Shown here in pieces: positions 30,985 to 40,646 of a stretch of DNA of 64,000 bases. The notes beneath the pieces were generated by a model. The model ran no database searches. It was not told the DNA's origin and saw nothing but the letters and a program-made list of their open reading frames with translations. The first letter of the stretch is position 1; every line of letters begins with the position of its first letter. Position numbers and translations under genes: made by a program. Location of the stretch: positions 46,035 through 110,034 of the forward strand of contig JAZQDE010000036.1 of NCBI GenBank assembly GCA_045546695.1, given 5' to 3'. The DNA comes from Clostridia bacterium. Its GTDB lineage: Bacteria > Bacillota > Clostridia > UBA1212 > UBA1255.

Positions 30985-31391
30985 TTTGAATTTACCACCT
31001 TTTCAATTACATCTGCGCAGTGCAATGTGTTTTTTGTTATTTCTTTACCCCAAAAACGAAGTACCGTCCAGCCTTCAGCTTCAAGTTTTGCAGTAACATC
31101 GACGTCTCTTTGCATGTTCCGTTCTATTTTTGAGAACCAAAAGTCTTGATGTGATTTAAAATCCTTTTTGCGTTCTTCCCAATTATATCCATGCCAAAAT
31201 TCACTGTCACAAAAAACTGCTATTTTCTTGCCTATAAATGCAATATCAGGCTTACCGTATATTTGGGTTACATTTTTTCTGTACCGAAGACCACGTGCCC
31301 AAAGTTCTTTTCTCAACAAGACTTCAATCCTTGAATCCTTGTTTTTTACCTGTTGCATATTATAGCTGATTTGCTCCTTCGTTTTATTCAT
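30981..31391 (-). CDS. vsr: Very short patch repair endonuclease
   Basis: SYNMQQVKNKDS, GKPDIAF, FCDSEFWHG, KIERNMQRD, GWTVLRFW. Confidence 0.93.
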   Translation of the reverse strand: MNKTKEQISYNMQQVKNKDSRIEVLLRKELWARGLRYRKNVTQIYGKPDIAFIGKKIAVFCDSEFWHGYNWEERKKDFKSHQDFWFSKIERNMQRDVDVTAKLEAEGWTVLRFWGKEITKNTLHCADVIEKVVNSK

Positions 31392-31582
31392 TCTATATTT
31401 TATTGAAATATTCTTCGTCTATTTCGTAATCCTTTACTTCTCTGACACCAATGCCAAAATCGGCAAATCTTATTATTGTATTTTTAAAGCTAAATAAGTA
31501 ATAACTGTTACTAATAGTATTGACAATAATTATAACACACTCTTTTTAATCTGCAAGTTTCTGGTAATCCTATACACTCCGA

Positions 31583-31921
31583 TTACCCCACCCCACAACA
31601 CCTCATATACACCTTCATATTCCGGATGCGCTCCTTGCCGTCGAAATGCTTCTTTTTGCCGAACCACTTCGGGAGCGGGTACATCGTCAGGCAGCGGCCG
31701 GCGTCGCTGACGATATAACAGTAGTTGTTATACGCGAGCGCGGTCGTGTTTTCCGTCGCAGTATTTTCCAGATAATCCCTTTCCCAGGAACTGAAATACG
31801 CCGCGGTCTTTCCCCAGGTCAGTGCCAGGTCAATCATCTTGTAGGCGCGACGCTCGTTGAGCCCCGCACGCTGTTTCGCCCTCTCCAGGCTGTGAAAAGT
31901 TGCCATTTTTTCTGTTCTCAT
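31583..31921 (-). CDS. Small hypothetical protein, possible DUF4258/BECR-fold RNase-like
   Basis: TFHSLERAKQR N-terminal motif and C-terminal LTMYP strand; AAGGA RBS. Confidence 0.5.
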   Translation of the reverse strand: MRTEKMATFHSLERAKQRAGLNERRAYKMIDLALTWGKTAAYFSSWERDYLENTATENTTALAYNNYCYIVSDAGRCLTMYPLPKWFGKKKHFDGKERIRNMKVYMRCCGVG

Positions 31922-32319
31922 GTCTTTCGTTCCTTTCTTTTTATATATCAAAAATGTACCATTTAATGGCAGCATAAAATAGAAGGCAGATGGGTAAAAA
32001 GTGTCCAATGGTGATGGTTGTCGGTGGAAAATAAAAATAAATCCGCTTTATAGAACTGTCTTTATTAGCAGTCAAACGAACAAATTTCACATATACAGAC
32101 TATCCCGTGTTTTATAGATATTTAACAATATTTATTAATTCGAATTATTGTGAACTCTCAGAATATAAATCATTGACATTGAATTTTTGTTAAAAAAATC
32201 AAACGGATATTTGGTGCAACGAAACAATCCCATTGTGTTTGTGTTGCTTCTTGTCACTTTTATTAACAAGTTTAACCATCTGGATAAGATAAACATCATC
32301 TATCCCTTGAACGGATAGT

Positions 32320-33010
32320 GTATGTTCATACGGGGAATCGTAAATTGCATGCTCACATAATCTTCATCTGCATATATATCGATTTTTTCTACTTTTCTAT
32401 GTTCTCCGCAAGATTCCACAGCTAATTCTCCCACTTCTGCAACTTTATTCTTTACTGTCTGTCGTGTTACTTTTCCGGAAGCATAATCGTCGTTGCTTTT
32501 TTCATATGATTTGCTTGCAGCACCCTGGATTAATCTTGCACTCAGTTCCGATGCGATCCGGTCTTTTTCCTGTAATCCTATTACCGCATCTATCGGATAC
32601 ACATATTCTCCTGTTTCTTTTGACTTATACACTGTTCTTTTGAAGAGGAGTTCTCCCATTGGCGTTAAAACCCTTCTCTCAACATTCTTCTGTTGCACGA
32701 GAAGATTCATTTCTTTTCTTAGTTTACTTTTGCAAAGTTCTTCGTCTGCATACTCAATTACTTTTGATGTTAATTCTAAGATAAACTCTGATGTTATTTG
32801 CTCTATATCCTTAGTGTCAGTGCAAATATCATATAATCCACCTTCTTCAAAATTTTTAAAATTTTCTCTACCAATCCTGTTACTGCTTGTGTTACACTAT
32901 TCCTCACGGGAGCCACCATCCTTTAGTGTTTTTTCGCAATTATTAATTTATCACTAACCGGGGCTCCCGTCATTATTTTTCTTTGAAATCCCAAGATTCA
33001 TTTTACACTA
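32320..33010 (-). mobile_element. ISLre2-family (UPF0236) IS remnant: left end plus frameshifted, truncated transposase
   Basis: RRVLTPMGELLFKRTVY..YPID..IYADED motifs; TAGTGTAAAA end at about 33010; frameshift near 32850; truncated after the first catalytic D region. Confidence 0.8.
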
Positions 33011-33037
33011 ACGAAATGCACCAAAGAAATATTTTTC

Positions 33038-33599
33038 ACTTTAGTATAAGTTGCGGCGAAGCAGTTATTATCATTTAACTATGGACAATTTATCCTGAAG
33101 TTGTTTTTGCAAAAACGTTCAGAATGAACGAGCAGCCATCATCGCCAGATGATGTCCGAAGGGAATTGGAGATGTTGCCCCAACAAGCGGATGAGCAAAA
33201 GCAGTAAACAAGATACTGTTTACACTGCTTGCAAATTTGTACAGCCATAAAATGATAGGCAAATTATTTCCAACTTGAGAATAATTCCGCTATTCCACCT
33301 GTGGACAATTTGTCCACAAGTCGAAATCCTCTTTTTTCATTTTTGAACTTGCTCCCATCTTAGGAGCAAGTGAAATTAATAATTATCACGATCAAACCTA
33401 TTCCCAAATTGGAAGCAAGCGAAAAAACATGAACCTCACTTCTCGCCAACTTGGCGAGAAGTAAACTCGTGCCGATTTAGTTCGAAACCAAAAACGACAG
33501 CTACAAAAATGGCCTCTGTACAATTCGCCGGAATTTTTTTTATTTCCGACAATTTGTCGGAAAGTTGCGCTGAAACTTTAGACCAACTCGGTCCGAAGT
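33038..33599. repeat. Array of about 9 25-bp palindromes ACTT-N5-CAA-N-TTG-N5'-AAGT with variable arms
   Basis: Copies at 33038, 33077, 33262, 33297, 33347, 33396, 33438, 33541 and 33575. Confidence 0.85.
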
Positions 33600-33693
33600 A
33601 ATGCGAAGAAATACAGATTTACAAGCAGAAAAAATAACTCCCCTTCCGAATTTCTAAATATATTGTTCCTTCTAATATGTTTAATTTTTTGCC

Positions 33694-36138
33694 TTACATG
33701 CAGCTTTGAATCTCGTATATCTGAATTTGGTTTTCTCCTGCTTTAATCATTTCTTCTAAGAGATTTTCACCATACACTACTGTGCTTGCTGGAATGTCAA
33801 TTTGAAGATGCTCTCCGTATTTTCTAATCAACAATATGGCAGAACTCAATGACAATCCGTTCTTTATTAAGCAAATTGTACGTTCGTCATCTGTTCCATA
33901 TTTAATTTGAGCATAAAATCCGTCTTCGATTAAATCGAGATCATGGAGAACTTCAACATATTTGATCAAAGTATTATCAATGAAATCTTGTTCCTCTTTT
34001 ATACGAACAATTGCCAGATTGACTACTTGTGTGCGATTCTTTCCAACGAACTTTGTATATCGTGCAACATTGCTGCCTGGACGCTTAACATCACCCCATT
34101 TTCCAACATACACCGTAACATTCCTATCTTTTTTATATAACTGATGCCAGTAACCTACAAACAAACTAATCATTTCAGCGTAAGACTTATTTTTCACACG
34201 CCACTCAAACATCATGGAATAGAAATGTCGGGCCTCCTTATTCTCAAGACGCTTAAGACTCTCGGCTCCATTGTCAGGAAGGTGCTGAATAAATAGTTCA
34301 TTGATCGTTTCCAATAATGTATTTGAATCGCTGATTTTGAAGCTTTCACCCTGATATGCGTCGACTTGTTGCTGAATGGTTACTTCATGTGCAAAAACAT
34401 CAAACTCAGTTATGCTGTTCATTATACAGGCTTTCCCAGCAACAGTACTTGTGTACCTCTCTTGATAATCTTCGACCACTCCGTTTTCGTAGTTCTCTAT
34501 GAATTCCGATGCTTGGCGTAGTATTTCTTCGTTATCAGCTGTAATTTTTGTTTCGCTAAGAAGAACATTATCAACCGCATCTTTATAGTTTTGTTCTACT
34601 TTTGCAACATTATGTAGAAAGCTTTCGCAATTGGCATTTTGTGCAAAATACTTTCCAAATACAAGATATATCTGCGGCTCCAAACGATGTAAATTACCAG
34701 TTTCATGATTGAATATTTCGCTGAATCTGCATACACGTCCTACAAGATTCTTAAATGAATCATGACTCAGATTAGACCTGCCACGTTTAATATCCAGAAT
34801 AAACATTCTCTCAGCGGGGAGATTTACACCGGACAACAATGTAGAACTGGTAATAACATATTTTACAGCTTCATCTTTTTTGTAAAGGTCTTCTATGTAG
34901 ATTCTTATCGCATCTGGTACGCTGCCGTGATGATAGATAATTCCTTTACGCAAACACGTCAGCAAATTATATTGCGGTTGCAAGTATTCTGAAATGTTAT
35001 CACAAGCTGTTTGGATCAATTCCGAATCAACTTCAGGCAATACATCAGCTAAAGCTAACGCAAATTTTTCAATATCCGTCGGCTTGTTTAAATAAATTAT
35101 ATTTTTACCTGCACTGTATGCTTTGACAACATCCTCCTCAAACCCAAGGTTTCGATTGTCTGATATTGGGAGATATTTATTGAAAAATTGATCGTACAGT
35201 TTCAGCCCTGTATGGGTTCTTAAATCGTACAAAAAATACTTTTCCGTTTTTATGTATTCACTAACTTTGAAACCTTCAATGTCATAGGTTGTGTACCTTG
35301 CTTTAAGATTTGTACTGTCAGCCAGAAACGGGGTCAAAAACTTAAACGCTACTTCTGGATTTCTTTTCTGCGCAACAATTATAACATCAGCCAAAGTTCG
35401 ACTTCTGCTATCATCCTCCAACATCTCATGTGCTTCATCCACAATAATGCAATCAAAGGAAAGCTGCGGATCTTTCTTGAATATTCTTAATAATCTTTCT
35501 TGTGTCAATACAGCAAGACAAGACGGATCATTGGGGTTGTACATTTCTGGATGAACCACAACTTTAGGAAATATACCCTTACTGATTTGCTGAATCCTTT
35601 TCTTTGTTTGTATAAGAAGTGCTTTTGTGGATGTTAATACACAGATTTTTTTACCTGCATATTCTTTTACTGCCGATAGAATAAGCTCAGATTTTCCGTA
35701 TGATGTCGGTGCAATAACGGAAACTGTATTATCTTTTTTGCTTTCAAAAAAATGAACCAATGAATTTTGTTGTTCGCTTCGACATACTTCACCAGATACA
35801 TACTGCTCCGTAAATGCATCGTTCCATTCAGTGAAAAAATTTCGCTTGGAATCATCAATGTAATGCTGTTCAATAAATTTGCTAACAGGATATAGGCCTT
35901 TATTGACAGCTATTTCATAGAGAGGGATGTAATCATTCGTCTGATTGCAATACTCAACTACAATACGATAACCTAATTGTTGTACGTTGGTGTCATCTGC
36001 ATTTGTAAAACAGATGGCGATTGCCAGCAAAATTTCATACTGCTTTTGGCTTAATTTTTCATCAACGATAAAACGATCATAGAGCGAAGCAAAATCGGTA
36101 TTTCTGATTTTCGCAAGAGTTAAATCATACTTCATCAT
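33694..36138 (-). CDS. Ski2-like DEAD/DEAH helicase (Hachiman HamB-like)
   Basis: APTSYGKS, DEAH, YHHGS, TSSTLLSGVNLPA, NLVGRVCR; coupled to the upstream nuclease gene. Confidence 0.8.
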   Translation of the reverse strand: MMKYDLTLAKIRNTDFASLYDRFIVDEKLSQKQYEILLAIAICFTNADDTNVQQLGYRIVVEYCNQTNDYIPLYEIAVNKGLYPVSKFIEQHYIDDSKRNFFTEWNDAFTEQYVSGEVCRSEQQNSLVHFFESKKDNTVSVIAPTSYGKSELILSAVKEYAGKKICVLTSTKALLIQTKKRIQQISKGIFPKVVVHPEMYNPNDPSCLAVLTQERLLRIFKKDPQLSFDCIIVDEAHEMLEDDSRSRTLADVIIVAQKRNPEVAFKFLTPFLADSTNLKARYTTYDIEGFKVSEYIKTEKYFLYDLRTHTGLKLYDQFFNKYLPISDNRNLGFEEDVVKAYSAGKNIIYLNKPTDIEKFALALADVLPEVDSELIQTACDNISEYLQPQYNLLTCLRKGIIYHHGSVPDAIRIYIEDLYKKDEAVKYVITSSTLLSGVNLPAERMFILDIKRGRSNLSHDSFKNLVGRVCRFSEIFNHETGNLHRLEPQIYLVFGKYFAQNANCESFLHNVAKVEQNYKDAVDNVLLSETKITADNEEILRQASEFIENYENGVVEDYQERYTSTVAGKACIMNSITEFDVFAHEVTIQQQVDAYQGESFKISDSNTLLETINELFIQHLPDNGAESLKRLENKEARHFYSMMFEWRVKNKSYAEMISLFVGYWHQLYKKDRNVTVYVGKWGDVKRPGSNVARYTKFVGKNRTQVVNLAIVRIKEEQDFIDNTLIKYVEVLHDLDLIEDGFYAQIKYGTDDERTICLIKNGLSLSSAILLIRKYGEHLQIDIPASTVVYGENLLEEMIKAGENQIQIYEIQSCM

Positions 36139-36946
36139 TTGCCTCACTTTCCAGGAAATCATAAACAGCATCGAAGGTCTCTTTTTGAATTGCCATAACA
36201 AACACTTTTTTGAAGAGTCCTTCTTTAACAACCTTTGTATGTTTTTGCCCAACCTTTACTGCTTCCATGTGTTCAGACATGGGATGGAAAAGGGTTGCGG
36301 ATAGGACAACATTAAACGAATCACTCGAATTATTACCATCAACTGCATTATTTGCACATTGGCCTAAAAGCTTCATCACCGCCTCTTTTTGGTGGTTGCT
36401 ATCACTCATCGAGACTTTGGCGGCATTCAACGCATTTAACCACAGGCTGGTATTAGAATCATTCAAACGTGTTTTTAGGTCATTTTTCGCAGTGTTGATT
36501 AGTCCAACCGCAGCAGACGATGCATTTTTCTGTCCTTTTTGGATTGCTCCGGATTTAACTTCTGCTATCCATAATTCATTGGTTGCAGTTTCAAACAGAG
36601 CAACATCATACCCTTTTTTGAAACTACGTTCCTCCATATTGAAAAATAGAGATGCTGTTGTAAAGCGTCCTTCAATCTCCAAAACGACATGTACAAGCAA
36701 CTCTCCAATCATACCCTTTTTACGATCTTCGGAAGCATCTTTATTTGTTTTGTACCTTTTAACAAACTCTTTCACCGTTTCCTTATAGGAGTAAATTTTG
36801 AGCGATGATTGAGCCTGATCCGCTCCATGGCAAACGGCAACCAATCTATTGCGAATTTCCTGCTTTAGTTCGTCCGAGAGTGCCTCAATGAAATAGATAA
36901 TATAATCAGAATAATCTTCTTTAATTACGCCCCTAATCAATTCCAT
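36125..36946 (-). CDS. PD-(D/E)xK nuclease (Hachiman HamA/DUF1837-like)
   Basis: GMIGELLVH, KGYD, WIAEVKSG; overlaps the helicase start. Confidence 0.7.
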   Translation of the reverse strand: MELIRGVIKEDYSDYIIYFIEALSDELKQEIRNRLVAVCHGADQAQSSLKIYSYKETVKEFVKRYKTNKDASEDRKKGMIGELLVHVVLEIEGRFTTASLFFNMEERSFKKGYDVALFETATNELWIAEVKSGAIQKGQKNASSAAVGLINTAKNDLKTRLNDSNTSLWLNALNAAKVSMSDSNHQKEAVMKLLGQCANNAVDGNNSSDSFNVVLSATLFHPMSEHMEAVKVGQKHTKVVKEGLFKKVFVMAIQKETFDAVYDFLESEANDEV

Positions 36947-37010
36947 TATACCCCTCTCTTCTGACAAACTTTTCCTGTAATTTTTCGCTTAAATTCCTTC
37001 AAAAATCATT

Positions 37011-37271
37011 TTATAATATTAACGTTTTCCATCTTTTGTAAAATTCATTGTATCCAAACGCAAAAGCTGTGTCGCACCCGAGTAGCCCTTGAATAAGAGC
37101 GTTAGCCGTTTTTTCGTCTTTAGAAGAATAAGCCTTATTAAAAACTCCGTTGCGTCTTAAATTCAGCGCAGATATTTCTTTACCATAGCCGGCGGCCACC
37201 CAATTGAATCGCTGTATAGCATTTTGGATATTGCCTACGTTTAACAACCCTTGTCCCACATTATACTTCAT
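37011..37271 (-). pseudogene. Possible C-terminal fragment of a GH24 lysozyme-like protein
   Basis: YNVGQG..A..RFNWVAAG.GK....L..RR resembles the phage lysozyme C-terminal pattern. Confidence 0.3.
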
Positions 37272-37329
37272 AAAATATTATTTGACAATTAATGGGTAAA
37301 AAATGACCATTTTCTGGATTTTTCACACT

Positions 37330-37451
37330 CACCCCACAACACCTCATATACACCTTCATATTCCGGATGCGCTCCTTGCCGTCGAAATGCTTCTTTTTAC
37401 CGACCCATCCCGGCAGAGGAAACATCGTCAAGCAGTAGCCGTCCTCGCTGA
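37330..37451 (-). repeat. Duplicate of the 3' end of the 31583-31921 gene
   Basis: 37330-37398 is identical to 31589-31657 (69 bp); similarity continues about 50 bp further. Confidence 0.92.
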
Positions 37452-37468
37452 AGATTACATCAAAGTTT

Positions 37469-38767
37469 TCAAATCTCCATCGCATTTTCATCGAGCAAAA
37501 ACTGTTCAATACCGACATAGAGAATACCGTCTTCATCGTGCCAGGGCATGATGTTGTCTTTGACTACAACGATTTTCTTAAAGGAGTCGCCGACACGCTT
37601 TAAGGAATGGACCTCCTGCTCGCGTTTCTCCTCATCAGCGACGGTTAACGCTGACTGGATATAATACTTTTTGCTGCCCTTATTCGCAACAAAATCGATT
37701 TCGAGCTGAGTGCGTTTGCTTTTCTTCTCCGCATCCTTATAGCAATACTCAACCACACCGACGTCTACAGTGAAATCACGACAGCAAAGCTCGTTGTAAA
37801 TAATGTTTTCCATAATGTGATTTTCTTCTTGCTGACGGAAATTCAATCTTGCATTGCGAAGTCCCACGTCGCTGAAATAGTATTTAAGCGGTGAGCCGAT
37901 ATATTTTCTTCTCTTAACATCATAACGCTCGGCTTTGTAGAGCAGGAACGCATCGATAAAAAAATCAAGATATCTGTTAATGGTAAGTGTGCCAATATTC
38001 ATCTGCCTGGCACTCTTGAAGGTGTTAGCGATCTTATTGGCATTGGTAAGTGAGCCAATCGAAGACGAAACGATGTTGAGAATATCGTCAAGCACCGATT
38101 TTTCGTACGCAAGCTTGTTTCTCTCCATAATGTCGCTGATATAGATTGTATCAAAAAGTGATTGCAGATACTTTGCTTTTTCATCGTGGTTCTTTTTGGC
38201 CATTACGAGGGGAAGACCGCCGTAGGTATAATACTCCTGCCAGGCGTAGCGCTTTTCACCATCAAAAGCATTGTAAAACTCCGCAAAGGAAAGCGGATTC
38301 ACGCGAATCTCATCTCCTCGTCCGCGGAACTCGGTGAGAATGTCAGAAGACAGCATTTTAGAGTTACTGCCGGTCACATACAAGTCAATATTGTCGCGTT
38401 TCATAAGCCCGAGCACAACGTCCACGAAGCCGATCTTATCCTCAACCCCTTCGATGTACGGATTCTGAATTGTAACGACTTTCTGAATCTCGTCAAGGAA
38501 GACGTAATAAGTCATGCTCTCGTCCTTGGCAAGACTGCGGATATGCTTGCCGAGCTCAATGGGATTACGATATCTGATATTCTCGTCATCATCAAGCGCG
38601 AGGCAGATAATACATTCCTCCGCAACGCCAATTGACTTCAAGTAGTCTTTATATATGTTGAACAGCAGATAGGATTTACCGCATCTTCTGATACCGGTAA
38701 TAACCTTGACTAAGCCGTTCTCCTTTTTGCTGATTAATTTTTGGAGATACTTTTTTCTTTCAATCAC
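37469..38767 (-). CDS. AAA_14 ATPase with C-terminal DUF4143 domain
   Basis: GIRRCGKS, FLDEIQ, VTGSNS, YGGLP, KYYFSDVG, MENIIYNEL, EIDFVA; GTG start behind GAGG. Confidence 0.9.
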   Translation of the reverse strand: MIERKKYLQKLISKKENGLVKVITGIRRCGKSYLLFNIYKDYLKSIGVAEECIICLALDDDENIRYRNPIELGKHIRSLAKDESMTYYVFLDEIQKVVTIQNPYIEGVEDKIGFVDVVLGLMKRDNIDLYVTGSNSKMLSSDILTEFRGRGDEIRVNPLSFAEFYNAFDGEKRYAWQEYYTYGGLPLVMAKKNHDEKAKYLQSLFDTIYISDIMERNKLAYEKSVLDDILNIVSSSIGSLTNANKIANTFKSARQMNIGTLTINRYLDFFIDAFLLYKAERYDVKRRKYIGSPLKYYFSDVGLRNARLNFRQQEENHIMENIIYNELCCRDFTVDVGVVEYCYKDAEKKSKRTQLEIDFVANKGSKKYYIQSALTVADEEKREQEVHSLKRVGDSFKKIVVVKDNIMPWHDEDGILYVGIEQFLLDENAMEI

Positions 38768-38850
38768 AGCACATACCTCATCGAACAATTTTGCGTATTT
38801 ACGCATTTTATGTTCATGTTATAGCATATCACTGCAAGCAAGTCAATATT

Positions 38851-39420
38851 TCATCGAACAATTTTGCGTATTTCTACATATGCGTAGTAGATATAATAAT
38901 AACTTGTTATGTAGACCACGAACAGCGCCACCACCGACAACGGGTAGAGCACGCGGTGTCCTTTTACGAGATTAAAAACGATATCGTACGGCGTTCCGTC
39001 ACCACGCGACAGAAACATATAGTTGCAGTCCACAAATATGTTGGCAATGTAGGCGGCCACGCAAAATCCGCCGAGAATGCCGGTTGTGATTAGGATGTTT
39101 CTTTTTTTCATGCTTGCCATTCCGGAAATCATAATGTAGAGCGCCGCAAAGCCGGCGATACAGTGCGTTATGCCGGACACCACGTTGTCAAAAGACAATA
39201 CCGGATAGCTCGCATAATTGTTGCCGGCAAAGTATGTACCGAGCACTGCTCCGAGCAGGCCGAAGATCATTACAAAATCCAGGGAAGCTTCTTTTATTCT
39301 GCCCCATTATCACGGCGCACAGTACCATCGCAATAGTAAGAAACGTGACGAATGTAAGATGTTGCCATGACATATATCCTTCAGCAGCACGGTTATACCC
39401 GTCGAAACAAAAAAACTCTC
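38851..39420 (-). pseudogene. YwaF-like integral membrane protein, internally deleted/frameshifted
   Basis: MSWQHLTF N-terminal piece and GITH..NYMFL C-terminal piece are in different frames. Confidence 0.55.
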
Positions 39421-39512
39421 CTATACTCCTTTGCGTTCCGCCCTCTTGATAGATTTTTTAAATACTCTATTCCATTATATACAATAAAAAATAATATACA
39501 ACATTTATTTTT

Positions 39513-40046
39513 TTAGAGCTTTTTAATGATTTTCTTCATTTTTTCCACCGGAAACGGTGCCGCCCATCCCATATATTGGCCGACAGAAACGACAGTTTCT
39601 GTAAGTTCGTTTTCCCCGGCCGGGACGCGTACAGTGTCGCCGATTTGCAGGCAAAGGTCGCCACACATATAATGATACACTTGAGATACGTTCCTGAGGG
39701 CCACGCCGCAGATGGTGTAGACTTCCATATTCTGGGAGGCCGGGGCCGGGTTTTCGGCGGGGGCCGGGGCCGGGTTTTCGGCGGGTGCCGGGGCGGGTGC
39801 GGGCGCGGGCTCGTCGTCATCCTCATCGTCATCCTCATCGTCACCCTCGCTTATGTCCTCCGCGTCAGGGTCCTCGTCCTCGTCATCATACTCGTCGTCA
39901 TCATCGTCCTCATCATAAGAAGAACAATTGCCGCCGTCCGCGTTCGTTATTTCCTCGAAAATGTTGTAGGCCAGGAATTTTTCTGTGAAGCTCACTTCTC
40001 CATCTCCATTAAAATCAAACAATCCACCTGATTTGCTAGCAAACAT
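39513..40046 (-). CDS. Hypothetical protein with acidic tract and (PA)n repeats
   Basis: FDFNGDG, poly-D/E tract, C-terminal YHY..L.IGDTVRVP domain. Confidence 0.65.
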   Translation of the reverse strand: MFASKSGGLFDFNGDGEVSFTEKFLAYNIFEEITNADGGNCSSYDEDDDDDEYDDEDEDPDAEDISEGDDEDDDEDDDEPAPAPAPAPAENPAPAPAENPAPASQNMEVYTICGVALRNVSQVYHYMCGDLCLQIGDTVRVPAGENELTETVVSVGQYMGWAAPFPVEKMKKIIKKL

Positions 40047-40190
40047 TTGCTTCTCCCTCTTTACAAGATCCTTATGTGTACATTATACGCCGGATGGCAG
40101 TTTTTGGAATTAGTGAAAAGTGTAAAAATTGGGATATTTGCCTTGGTTGCTTGCTTGTCCACAGCCTGTACCTTGCGGCCACTCTCGCTA

Positions 40191-40541
40191 TCAGCGAACC
40201 TTCCCCCACTCGCTCTCCTTGAAGCCGACCAGCACAACGCCGGGGCCGATCAGCAGCGGTCTTTTCACCAACATGCCGTCGGTGGCAAGCAGGCGCAGGC
40301 ATTCTTCGTCTGACATAGAAGGCAGCTTGTCCTTCAGCTCTAAAGATTTATACAGCAAGCCGCTTGTATTGAAAAAACGCTTAATAGGAAGCCCGCTCTG
40401 GCGGTACCATGTGCTGAGTTCTTCATAAGACGGGCGGTCGGATTTAATGTCGCGAAGCTCATAAGCAATGCCATTTTCTTCCAGCCAACGCTGCGCCTTC
40501 TGGCAAGTTGTACATTTTGGATAACAAATAAAATCAAACAT
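40191..40541 (-). CDS. ArsC/Spx-family protein
   Basis: CTTCQKA, FFNTSG, MLVKRP, VGF. Confidence 0.92.
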   Translation of the reverse strand: MFDFICYPKCTTCQKAQRWLEENGIAYELRDIKSDRPSYEELSTWYRQSGLPIKRFFNTSGLLYKSLELKDKLPSMSDEECLRLLATDGMLVKRPLLIGPGVVLVGFKESEWGKVR

Positions 40542-40598
40542 ATATTACTCCTTTCGGGTGACACTCAACTATATAATTAATTGTGACATAACTTCCAA

Positions 40599-40646
40599 AA
40601 AAAGGCAACAAAAAACGGGCCTGAGCCCGTTTTTTGTTGCCTTTTT
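40599..40646. terminator. Long bidirectional terminator hairpin
   Basis: aaaaaggcaacaaaaaacgggc-ctga-gcccgttttttgttgccttttt perfect inverted repeat. Confidence 0.85.

Noticed and set aside
33038-33599. CRISPR array or integron attC cassettes
   Set aside because: The repeat arms differ in every copy, spacing is irregular, there are no ORF cassettes between units, and no cas or integrase gene is present.
31990-37310. Shared ATGGGTAAAAA.TG.CCA motif at 31990 and 37292
   Set aside because: It is short, AT-rich and in non-equivalent positions relative to the duplicated gene, so it is too weak to call an att site.
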